Shown here: positions 13,678-24,414 of the stretch, in pieces
Layout of the letters: the number at the start of each line of letters is the position of its first letter
How positions within the stretch are numbered: the first letter of the stretch is position 1
Assembly (NCBI GenBank): GCA_028023455.1
Contig: JAQFVV010000003.1
Span: forward strand, 27,714,001-27,778,000
Direction: 5' to 3'
DNA from: Epiperipatus broadwayi
Lineage: Eukaryota > Animalia > Onychophora
Length of the DNA stretch: 64,000 nt
Program-made: the position numbers and the translations under genes
The notes under the pieces: generated by a model
What the model was told of the DNA's origin: nothing
The model's input: the letters and a program-made list of their open reading frames with translations, nothing else
Databases searched by the model: none

Positions 13678-15480
13678 TGTGACGACCATGTAAAGTCGTC
13701 GTCACACGTATATATTTATTAATAAAGTTAGATAAGTTAGCTACTAGAAAGTAATAAAGGTAAATGGTTAGCTACTAGAAATTAAAAAAAGAAGGAAAAG
13801 AAAAAAGTTGAGATTCAGAAATGTCGAAATTTTGATTTTTTTATTAATAGTAAGGGGAGGGGGTGCATAAAGAAATGTGTCTCTTTTTCTCTCTTTTAAA
13901 AAAAAAAATTAGTCAAATGCTTGAAAGTTATTTCTCTTATTGTGGGAGAGGGGAAGGGATGCATAAAGAAATGCGTCTTTTTCTCTCGCATAAAAACTAT
14001 TGTGATAAATTAAAATAAAGTGTAAAACATAAACCTGAAAAATGAATTATAAACTTTTAAGTAAAAATTAAAATGAAATATGTAATATAAAAACAATATG
14101 GCCATATAAATTAGAGGTGTGAAAGTCTGTTGAACTAATTGAATTCCTCGGACAAAGAAGAATGTATATGAAGGAAAAGCTTATAATTATAGCTCGATTA
14201 ATTAAAATATACATCCCAGCCACTAATTAAACAAATAGGTTGATAAGAATTCGTTGGAAATCTAAGCATTAATTAAAAATTTACAAAAAAACAATGAACA
14301 AAAGAAAAGACAGTAAGACCAGAGTTACAATTATTATCTGTTTATTACGAGCAGAGATTTTGAAGAGGCAGCAGCTAAAAGAAAAAGAAATGAGAGAAGT
14401 GCGTGGCTAGTGGTGTCAAGGAGACGTAGGTTCGTACTCAACCTGTCTTACCACTGACTCACAATGTATAAGATCTATGCCTGACCTGCTAGAGAGACCG
14501 CCGCTTCTGGAATGAGAAATAACCAAATCAAATTGAGAGAGAAAACCAATCCAGCAGACAGTGAAGGACACACCGTCTCTACAAAAAAAGGATGATCTCC
14601 CACTTGACAGTAACGAGCGCTCGAAAGAAATGCCCATGGAAACAACTACAATGAAAACCTAGGTAATTAAAGCATGCATGCATTTTATTTCATATTCGTA
14701 AATAAATAAAGAAGGAACAATCTTGATAGATCTAGAACTCTGCCCAATAGGACTTCAAGATAATTTTAATATTCGATATGCTTTACTCTTATTTTATTAT
14801 AACTATGTAATCTATATAAGTGTGTATTTTTTTTATTGTTATTATGTATTTTTTATATATGTGGGTGACTGTTATTAAACAGATTTATTCTTAAATTGCG
14901 TGTACTTGCTTTATTCTCCTATCACCAAGCTATGACAGGGGGAAAAACTGTAATTTAGTGATTAAAGGGTAAGGCTGATTTTAAAAGGTATCCATGTGCT
15001 GCTTGTTTGTGAGAATTTCCCAATTATAAAAATAAATAGCAAGCGCTGGACATTTGTTAAATTTCTTGAAATAGTTTGCTTTGTTCAGCAGCCGAGATTG
15101 CTTTATCGGGAAAAATAATGCCAAGATAATATGTACGTATTGCCTCGGGGTTCGGTCAAGGATAAAGATACGAAGTAAATTTGTATCTGTATTTGCTCTC
15201 TGCTTGTATTGTAATGGCGTTGGTTAACTAATTAATTAATGATTAAAAAAAAATTCGTAGTAAACTAAACTAAATAAACCATATCCATTACAGTTGGAGG
15301 CTAAGCTGGGATATTTCGGTTAGCAAAATGGATAAGAAACAAATAAATGAAAGGAAGAATAAAAGTTGTAAAAATAAATGTATAATAATAAAATTAAGTA
15401 CAAAAGTATAGAAATAAAATAAATATATAAATCAACCTCCAAATAACCATTTCCGTTCACAAATAACCATTTCCGTTACA
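13678..15480 (+). mobile_element. Solo LTR, family A
   Basis: TGTGACG…CGTTACA termini; inserted in an (AT)n tract with ATAT on both sides; inverted homologue of 1542-3339; 20-bp tandem duplication at 15441-15480. Confidence 0.88.
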
Positions 15481-15499
15481 ATATATATATATGACAATA

Positions 15500-16545
15500 A
15501 CAATATCAAACTCTAATGTGATCATGTGATGTTTTGATGGTTTTATATATATGAAAAAAATATGTTGGAGGTAAAATTTAAAAGAAAGAATGTGTTTATA
15601 TTTAAGAGTACAAATAACAGTAATGATAATGGATTGAAAATAGAATGATGGAGGATGTAAAGATAGAAATTTTTTTTTAAAGAGGATGTCTAGAAATAAT
15701 TATAGGAAAATAATATTTAAAACAAGGGCCAAAGTTATTATTACAAAAGTTGATTTTATAAATATGCAAGGGAATAGAGATAGAATAAGTAGACAGGATT
15801 GGAGCCTTTTATAGAATAAAAATTAGATTTATTAGCAGTTGTAGAGTTACATTTGACAGCTGAAGAACCATTACATCTTCAGAAATGAATAGAGGGAGCT
15901 AAAACTATGACGAGGATAAGAAGAGAATATTCGGATTACTGTTAAGGAGGGTATTTTAAAAAAAAACTGTAAAGACTATTCATGGATTAAATTGAAATTG
16001 GATAAGGAGAAATAGATCTATGGCAAAGTATAATTAACTACTGGAATTAGCAAGGATGTGAAAGAATGAAATGTATATTTGGAAAAGTTTATATGGAAAT
16101 AAAATGAGTTTAGAAAGAGTAATTATATAATATTTATTGTATACAAGATCATATTAATAAAATTGATGGAATGAAGAGTATAAATTGAGCCTTTACTAAA
16201 AAGGATATGTGAGAAAATTGAATTGAAAAATTGGAATTTAAATAACACATATGATAGAAAATTTGCATTGTTGAGGCAAAATTTTAAGTATATTGTTATG
16301 TGTTTGTAGATAAGAAAAGGCAAAAATAATTTATGAGAAAGAAAAAGGATCTTATTTTTATATTGATGCACTTAGAAGTATCTGAAAGATTAAGTGATGA
16401 AATTTGAAGAAAAGCTATTAGCAATGGATGGGAAATAAGCAATGGTATTAAATTGAAAAGTTGACTAATATTTTGAAAAGAATTATGAAAAATAATATGT
16501 AAAATTTAGAAGAGTTGATGAATGTGAAGAAAATTGGAAATGAGT
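15500..16545 (+). mobile_element. Decayed non-LTR retrotransposon, 5' part (APE endonuclease)
   Basis: Broken frames give KVDFINMQGNRDRI…KLDLLAVVELHL…KDLILY, consistent with APE motifs; purine-rich sense strand. Confidence 0.55.
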
Positions 16546-16546
16546 A

Positions 16547-17126
16547 TTTCTTTACTTTCCCTTTTAATATAAGTACCTTTCTTTAAATGTTTCATTAGTT
16601 TATTATATTTCATAATGTAACTCTTTTTCTCTTAATATTAGATTTATATTTATTTTAACTCGATCATCTATTGTATGCTTAAATTTTTCCCCTTCGCTAT
16701 TCCTCATTTTAATGTGATATATATATTCTTGTTTCCTTATGCAGTGTAATTATTTCTTTATTTGAAAATATTTCCAATTTGAAATGAATAGTTGTAATTT
16801 GATGCTAGTTAAGTTTCCTTTTGTTTTACCAAGTCGATCTCCTCGATAATGCTTATTTTGTTCGTTTTTATTCCCACAGTTAAATATTAGTTATTTAAAG
16901 AAACTTTTAAATATTTTAAATTATTTATATAGCACAAAGCAATTAGAATGCTTTGTGTAATAGTTATTTCACTTTGCTTTATCGATGGGACACGAGTTGA
17001 TCAATTTATTTAAATTGGAAAAGTAATACCTAGACCGCAGAATATTAAGTAATTGCAACAGCCTCATTGTGAAAATTATTCATCAGTGATCAATTGGGGA
17101 ATAGTGGAGATATTTAAAACATTTAT
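16547..17126 (+). repeat. Partial copy of LTR family X
   Basis: Direct homologue of about 19641-20202 and 25935-26492 (tttactttcccttttaatataagtacc…ggagatatttaaaacatttataa). Confidence 0.85.
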
Positions 17127-18329
17127 AACTAACTAAGGTAATGTGCATGACCTGGATTCGAAACCATGCTACCATTTTGGTCATGACAAAAAAATATAGT
17201 TTTAGACAGCCAAAATACAATTAGCAAAACAAAAAATAAAAAAATAAAAATAAAATCCCATGATAACTGCTACTCTGAATTATGAACCTGGGATCGAAAC
17301 CAAATACCATTTTGGTCACAACCTGAAGTAAGTTATACAATTATCAAGCAATTTTATAGAACAACATATGGAGATCAAAAACTGTTTAAAAACATTTACA
17401 TAAAAACGGGTTTTACCGAACTATAAACGAATGTATACCATATACAACCATATACATGAATATATACATCATTATTAAATAAGCATATATATGACTGCAT
17501 ATAAATACACAAACAGATATACCTATATAAATATTTCTTTTTTTTATCATGTACATGATTTTATTTTATTATGAAAGGTCGTTATATTGCAGACCGCATA
17601 CTCTTATTCTTTCAGGTTAGTAATGATGGTCGCAAATATAATGAGGAAAACAATGATTGCAAATGTAAACCCATTTTTTCAGGCTACTCGCAATCCAGGT
17701 CTTCACTTAACGGTTACTCAAGAAGGGCTTCACCTAACAGTTACTCAAGAAGGGCTTCACCTAGTGGTTACTTAAAAAGGGTCTTCATCTAATGGTTACT
17801 CAATAAATGATTCCATAACATAATCCAGACTGGGAAAAAAAATCTTAACTAAAGGTGGCTGACATTTGTTATACTAGATCATATTTTATATATGTTTTTA
17901 TTAAAAACAAATGTTAATGCATTTACTTGTTATCAAGTTGAAAATTAAGTTTGATATTATAAAAAAAAAACTTATACTTATATGTTACGATTTGTAACAA
18001 AATGGAACTGCAAAATATTAAAAGTGAAAAAAATAATTTTGCATAATTATAATTATTCATTATATATATATATAAAAAATGAAACACAGAGAAAATGAAA
18101 AAAAAAAATTTGCTGACACGTGTCAATTTGAAATTATCAAACTTTTTCATCTACACAAAAAAAATTCCTACTAATGGAAAAACTGTTATCATCAATTAGA
18201 TCTACACAAAAATTTATACCAATGGAAAAATTCTATTATCTATTTGCAATTTTTTACTAATATTAACACTGCCATGTGTACACTATATTGCAAAAAAAAA
18301 ATTATTATACTAAAATTGCCCATGTTTAA
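17123..18329 (-). repeat. Left arm of ~1.2-kb inverted repeat (mirror of 21149-22315)
   Basis: e.g. 17161 aaaccatgctaccattttggtc vs 22251 gaccaaaatggtagcatggttt; 18301 attattatactaaaattgcccatgtttaa vs 21149 ttaaacatgggcaattttagtataataat. Confidence 0.9.
17700..17800. repeat. 27-bp tandem repeat (gggcttcacctaacagttactcaagaa, about 4 units); mirrored at about 21665-21760
   Basis: Read directly; gives the SRRASPNSY repeats in ORF 17571-17792. Confidence 0.85.
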
Positions 18330-20602
18330 GCCATGGATCCGGAAGTCTGATCCATGCTTCACAGCCTTCTATAAACTTACCGATATTGTGAACCTGGGCT
18401 AAGTTTATATTCAAGTATCAACAGAGTTTTGCATTAAATATAAAATTAAAGTATTTAATTTTGCATATTCAATGGTCATTAAATTAGCTATTTACTTTAA
18501 AATATTTTTTTTAAATAAATTCTGATTAAAATTAAATCGTTTATTAAAATTTCTTAATGAAATATATATGTATGGAAGCGTATATATATATGATCAAATG
18601 CAAAATTCTGTTGAAACTAAAATGTCATTTTATTAAAAGAAATAATAAAATATTTTTCTTTTAATTTTGTTAAAAATATGGCGTATAATTTTATTTTAAG
18701 ATAAGCCTGCCAGCATTCCTAAAGTAATGGCATTTTCAATTAGTATTTCATTCAAGGCAAATTAAAGATGGCCTTTTTAATAAATCAAATGCAAAGTTAA
18801 AAGCAAAATTTGATAATAAGAAATTAAAGTTTATTTTTAGCAAAAAGTTACGTTGAAACAAAGGAGCGTAGGGGGCTTATCAAGATATAAAATCATATGG
18901 AAAACAATAGAAAAGTATCTCCAGAAAGGTATAAAAGGTAGGGAGAACAAAAGACTTGATTAGTCAGATTTTGTTCTTGAATTCATTCAGATTTTGTTCA
19001 TGAAATTATTATTCAGATTTTGTGCTTTAAGTGGTTCAGATTTTGTTCTCGATTGATTTAGAAAGCTGTTCTTTCATTTTTATTATGCAGAAATTCTTCT
19101 AAAATTCGCCTAGATTTATTTTAAAATTATTTTATTCAGAGATTAACTCTGAACGATTTCCAAACATGATACTGAAGTAATTTTGAAATGTACTTAGCTG
19201 TTGCTTGTCATCTCTTTTGAAGAGTTCTACTACTTAAACTCTGCTGCTCCTGTTACAGTGACCAAGTTTAATGATCCTCCGAGTTTGCACTGAAAATAAA
19301 TGCTGAAAACCAGTCTTAGTTTTGCAGAGAATTTCCATTCTGTTTTAAACATGCGACCCTTTAAAAGTTCTACTAATTTGGTGAACGTGACAATGTACAG
19401 TGGCTAAGCTCATCAGCTTTGCCTGCCATCGGGGTCCTAATCCATCAAAATGCTGTAAAGTGTCATGTATCTAGTAAAATTGAACTGTGAGCTGTGTGTG
19501 CACTTTTCATATCAAAATGCTTCATATTTTAAATCTCTTTGTCTGGGCAAATAACTCCACGTACATAATCAAGCCGCGGACGTCGAGGGAACTGGGCCAA
19601 CTAAACAAGGACTAATAAGTTTTAATGATCTCATGAACTTTTACTTTCCCTTTTAATATAAGTACCTTTCTTTAAGTGTTTCATTAATTTATTATATTTC
19701 ATAATGTATTTCTTTTTATCTTAATATTAAATTTATATTTATTTTAACTTGATCATCTATTTTATGCTTAAATTTTTCCCCTTCGCTATTCCTCATTTTA
19801 ATGTGATATATATATATATTTCTTGTTTCCTTATGCGGTGTAAATTATTTTTTTATTCAAAAAATATTTCCAGTTTAAAATGAATATTTGTAATTTGATA
19901 CTAGTTAAGTTTCCTTTTGTTTATTTTGTTCGTATTTATTCCCACAGTTAAATATTAGGTATTTAAAGAAATCTTTAAAATTTTAAATTATTTATAAAGT
20001 ACAAAGCAACTAGAATGCTTTGTGCAATAGTTATTTTAATTTTGCTTTATCGAGGGAACACAAGTTGATAAATTTATTTAAATTGGAAAAGTAATACCTA
20101 GACTGCAGAATATTATGTAATTGCAACCACCTCATTGTGAAAATTATTCACCAGTGATCAATTGGGGAATAGCGGAGATATTTAAAACATTTATAATATT
20201 TTAAACTACATTTATTAAAGTATCTAATTTAAAACAAAAGCTATAGTCTTATAATTTTCTTTAAACCTTTTATGTTAATTGTCCAATAATCCAAGCATGC
20301 ACAAACACTTAACTCATGTTATATTATATGCTCATTTAACTTATTTTAGTTCTTTAAGTGTTCTAGTCCATTGTCTCTCCATGATGCTGAGCATTGGCCA
20401 GGGTTATAAAATAATTTATGCGTGTCTTGGATATGTTGTTGGTTCATGGTTAGACTTGAAAATAGATGAATATGGCAGAGGCCATATATTCTATGATTTT
20501 TATATCTCATGTATAAATGGTCTCGAGGTACTTTTGCCTAGTCTTCGAATTGGGTTAAACCAATATACAGATTCGACAGGCATAGATTTTTCCCCCCGGG
20601 TT

Positions 20603-20620
20603 TGGCGCCCAATGTGGTCC
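20603..20620 (+). promoter_or_regulatory. Primer-binding site, tRNA-Lys(CUU) type
   Basis: TGGCGCCCAATGTGGTCC vs canonical TGGCGCCCAACGTGGGGC (15/18), just downstream of the LTR. Confidence 0.8.
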
Positions 20621-21148
20621 GAATTTCATTTTTTGGAAGGAAAGGAAAAAGGAATTAAAATATGTAAGATATGTATAATTTTTTTCCCCGATTTTATATG
20701 CCCACTTATTAGCTATTCGATATTATCACCCCTTGTAAGTTTTTTTTAGTGAAATGTGATTTAGATAAAAAAAATTGATTGAGATGTATAATTTTTTTCC
20801 AAGTCTGGACTCCTAACGTGAGCCAAATTTCATTTTTAGGATATAAAGAAAAAGTTAGATGTGTCAAATGTAAAACTTTTTTCTCCAAGTTTTATTGTCT
20901 GATAGAAATGAATGTTTTATTTTTAAAAAAGTTAACACTCCGACAGTTTTTTTTTTTATGACTATATAATGAGAAAAAATGTGAGAGTTAAAGCAAATTT
21001 TTTTTCCTAATGAGTAGATTTGTCTTGGCCAGTTGCCATATTTTTTCGTATAAGTATACAGCTTCAATGCGGGTGGAAGTGTTAAATAAATACCCACCCA
21101 CTTACCCTTAAAATTAGCTTACATACTTTACTTTTATTTTAGAATTGT

Positions 21149-22315
21149 TTAAACATGGGCAATTTTAGTATAATAATTTTTTTTGCAATGTAGTGTACAT
21201 ACAGCAGTGTTAATATTAATAAAAATTATAAATAGTTAATAGAATTTTTTTCGTTGGTATAAATTTTTGTGTAGATCTAATAGATGATAACAATTTTTTC
21301 CCGTTACTGGAATTTTTTTTTGTATAGATCAAGTTTGATAATTTCAAATTGACACATGTCAGCGAACTATGTCAGCAAATATGTTTTCACTTTCTCTGCA
21401 TTTCGTTTTTTATATAATGAGTAATTATAATTATGCAAAAAAAATTTTTCACTTTTAATATTTTGCAGTTCCGTTCCCTCGCAAATCGTAGTATATAAGT
21501 TTTTTAAATAATAATATCAAACTTAATTTTCAACTTTAGATCAAGTAAATGTGTTAATATTCAGTTTTAATAAAATCATATATAAAATATGTTTTAGTAT
21601 AAAACAAATGTCAATCACCTTAGTGAAGATTTTTTTTTTCAGTCTGGATTATGTTATGGAATCATTTCTTGAGTAATCTTTAGGTGAAGATCTTTAAAGT
21701 AACTGCTAGGTGAAGCCCTTCTTGAGTAACCATTAGATGAAGACCTTTTACATTTTTAGAGTTCTGGATTGTGAGTAGCCTGAAAGAATAGGTTTACATT
21801 TGCAATCATTGTTTCCTCGTTATATTTGTGACCATCGTTACTAACCTGAAAGAATAGGAGTATGCGGTCTGCAGTATAACGAACCTTCTTAATAAAATAA
21901 AATCATGTACATGATAAAGAAATATTTATATAGGTATATCTGTTTGTGTATTTACATGTAGTCATATATGTGCTTATTTAGTGATATATATGGGTGTATA
22001 TGGTATACATTCGTTTATAGTTCGGTAAAACCCGTTTTTATGTAAATGTTTTTAACAGTTTTTGATTTCCATACATTGTTCTTTAAAATTGCTTGATAAT
22101 TGTATAACTTACTTTGGGTTGTGACCAAAATGGTATTTGGTTTCGATCCCAGGTTCATAATTCAGAGTAGCGGTTATTATGGGATTTTGTTTCTTATTTT
22201 TTGTTTTGTTAATCGTACTTTGGCTGTCTAAAAGTATTTTTTTTTGTCAAGACCAAAATGGTAGCATGGTTTCGAATCCAGTTCAGGCATATCACTGTAC
22301 TTAGTCATTATACGT
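21149..22315 (+). repeat. Right arm of ~1.2-kb inverted repeat (mirror of 17123-18329)
   Basis: Reverse-complement alignment by eye; roughly 90% similar. Confidence 0.9.
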
Positions 22316-23273
22316 CCTAAAGATAAAATTTTAAAATCATGTAAAACTTAGCATTTACTTATGCGTGCAAATATTTTTTTGGTTAGAATAATCAATATGA
22401 GGTAGGAAATTTTTTTAAAAAATAAGTGAAACTTAATATAAAATAAATTTAATTATGTTAAACTTTATAAACCTTATCAATGTGTGCTTGGATCATTATC
22501 CGTTAAATAGTAAATTTGATATGGCTGTTACCTTGTTGGCTGGCTCCCTCCTATCAAATAAATTTGTCAGCAAGTGTAATCACTCATATTAGATTACAAA
22601 TAAATCAAACCATAAGTATAGAAAATGATCAAAATAACAGATGTATATGTAGTGAGCCAAAATAATTTAAACATGATATATGTATATTTTTACTCACATA
22701 TTCTTTTGATATATAAATTGTTATTGTATTAATGTAAATGCATTTTTTAGTTGTTTCAGATGTCAGAGAAAGCTGGGTCAAGCTGTAAGTTGTATTATTT
22801 TTGATTATCTTGTGACAAGAACATGGCAATCAGTAAATTAATTGCTTCGACATTAAGAGTGAAATATAAAAAAAATATATAGAAGTAAAGTGATGAGATT
22901 CACATATATGTAGAATAAATATTAAAACAGACACAGACAGAGCAGATTTTTTCCATGTTATAAACTGACACATTTGGGCATTTGTTTAAATATAGAACCT
23001 CGAGAGGTAGACAAAGTTGTCATTTATAATATACAACAAAAAGTAAAAGAGTTATATAAAAATAAAAATCATAGTATTGATTTATTTCACAAAATAAATA
23101 AAATTTTGTTTTAGTTAAAGGTATAGCATTTATATTAAAAATATAATTATTTTGATTCATTTTTTTTTTGTTGTCTTTAGGTAAGTAGAGATAGACATAA
23201 TTTTTATAAAAGACTAAATAAGAAATAAATAAGGCATTATTGTCGAATAACAAAATAGCCAGTATTAGAAAAA

Positions 23274-24414
23274 ATGGATGAACAGAATAGAGACGAAGAC
23301 TACGACAGTGAGGAGGTAGTATTCAACCTTCCTAAGATGTCAACATGTAGTCATAGTGACCAAGAAGAATATAACATGGTAGCTTTCATCAAAGAATGGA
23401 GAGAAGAAGGGAAAATGATGATGACCATGCTCCAAGAATTCATGAAAAATACAACGGAAAGGTTCAACCATTTAGAAAAAAATGTGGAATGCCATCAAAA
23501 ACAGATTACAATGAAGAAAGCATCACCAGATAGTGACACCCAAGTAATGTGGCAGGATCAACATAGAACACAAGACAATACTGATGTTAAATTTTTGATT
23601 GATAATGAATCATGTAAAGACACTCACCATTTGGACTTATCAATACAACATGAAATGCAAAGAAGAGAAGAAAATTGGCAGATAATAGAGAATAGAGAGA
23701 AGACAAAGACTCTTCAGACTTCGAACCCAATTCAGACACAACAAAGCAGTCAAATTTTGACCCCAATAATAATAAATCCGATAACATCTTCTGTGACAAA
23801 GTTTATCCACATACAGTGTTTTAGAAGGGAACCAAGTGGGAACCCTAGACACCATCTAGATAGCTTAAGGGATTTTTTCCAATTTCAGAATATGACTGAA
23901 CAGGAAAAAGTGGCGATCTCCAGTCATCATTTGAAGGAATCCGCTAGAAACTGGTGGAACGCATTGATGGAACAACCACCAACATTTAGTGAATATGAAA
24001 AAGCAGTGATGTCTATGTATTGGAGTGAAGAGCGACAAGAATGTCTAATATATTCTATTATGCATGAAAAATATCCAGCTAACCATCATGAGACATGCGC
24101 AGTTTTTCTTGAGGCAGGTGAATAGAATAAAAGTGCTAAATGCATTCAATTACCCTGAAACTCAAATAGTACGAATGATTACGCATAACATGCCACCTTG
24201 GATAAGAAAAATAATTATAAGTAGTCAAGTGCAGGATATTCAAGGTAAGACTTGTATACTGACAGCTATTGACTTTGGAAATTTAGAGGAAAATCGAAAC
24301 GACAAGGTCATGATGCAGTCGAAAAATGCAAGGCATTATGTACCAATGGATCCTGGAAAATACAGAACAACTTGTTATATTACAAACAACACGGGACCTG
24401 ACTTAAGATTATGA
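23274..24414 (+). pseudogene. gag (coiled coil + capsid-like domain), one frameshift near 24110
   Basis: FIHIQCFRREPSGNPRHHLDSLRDFFQF…HHLKESARNWWNAL…TFSEYEKAVMSMYW…YPETQIVRMITHNMPPWIR; homologous to the gag at 43767-44393. Confidence 0.82.

Noticed and set aside
19405-19420. CTGATGA on the minus strand in LTR X (similar hits at ~6412, ~17085, ~33568, ~48245, ~59342)
   Set aside because: No correctly placed stem II + GAAA + stem III; chance heptamers.
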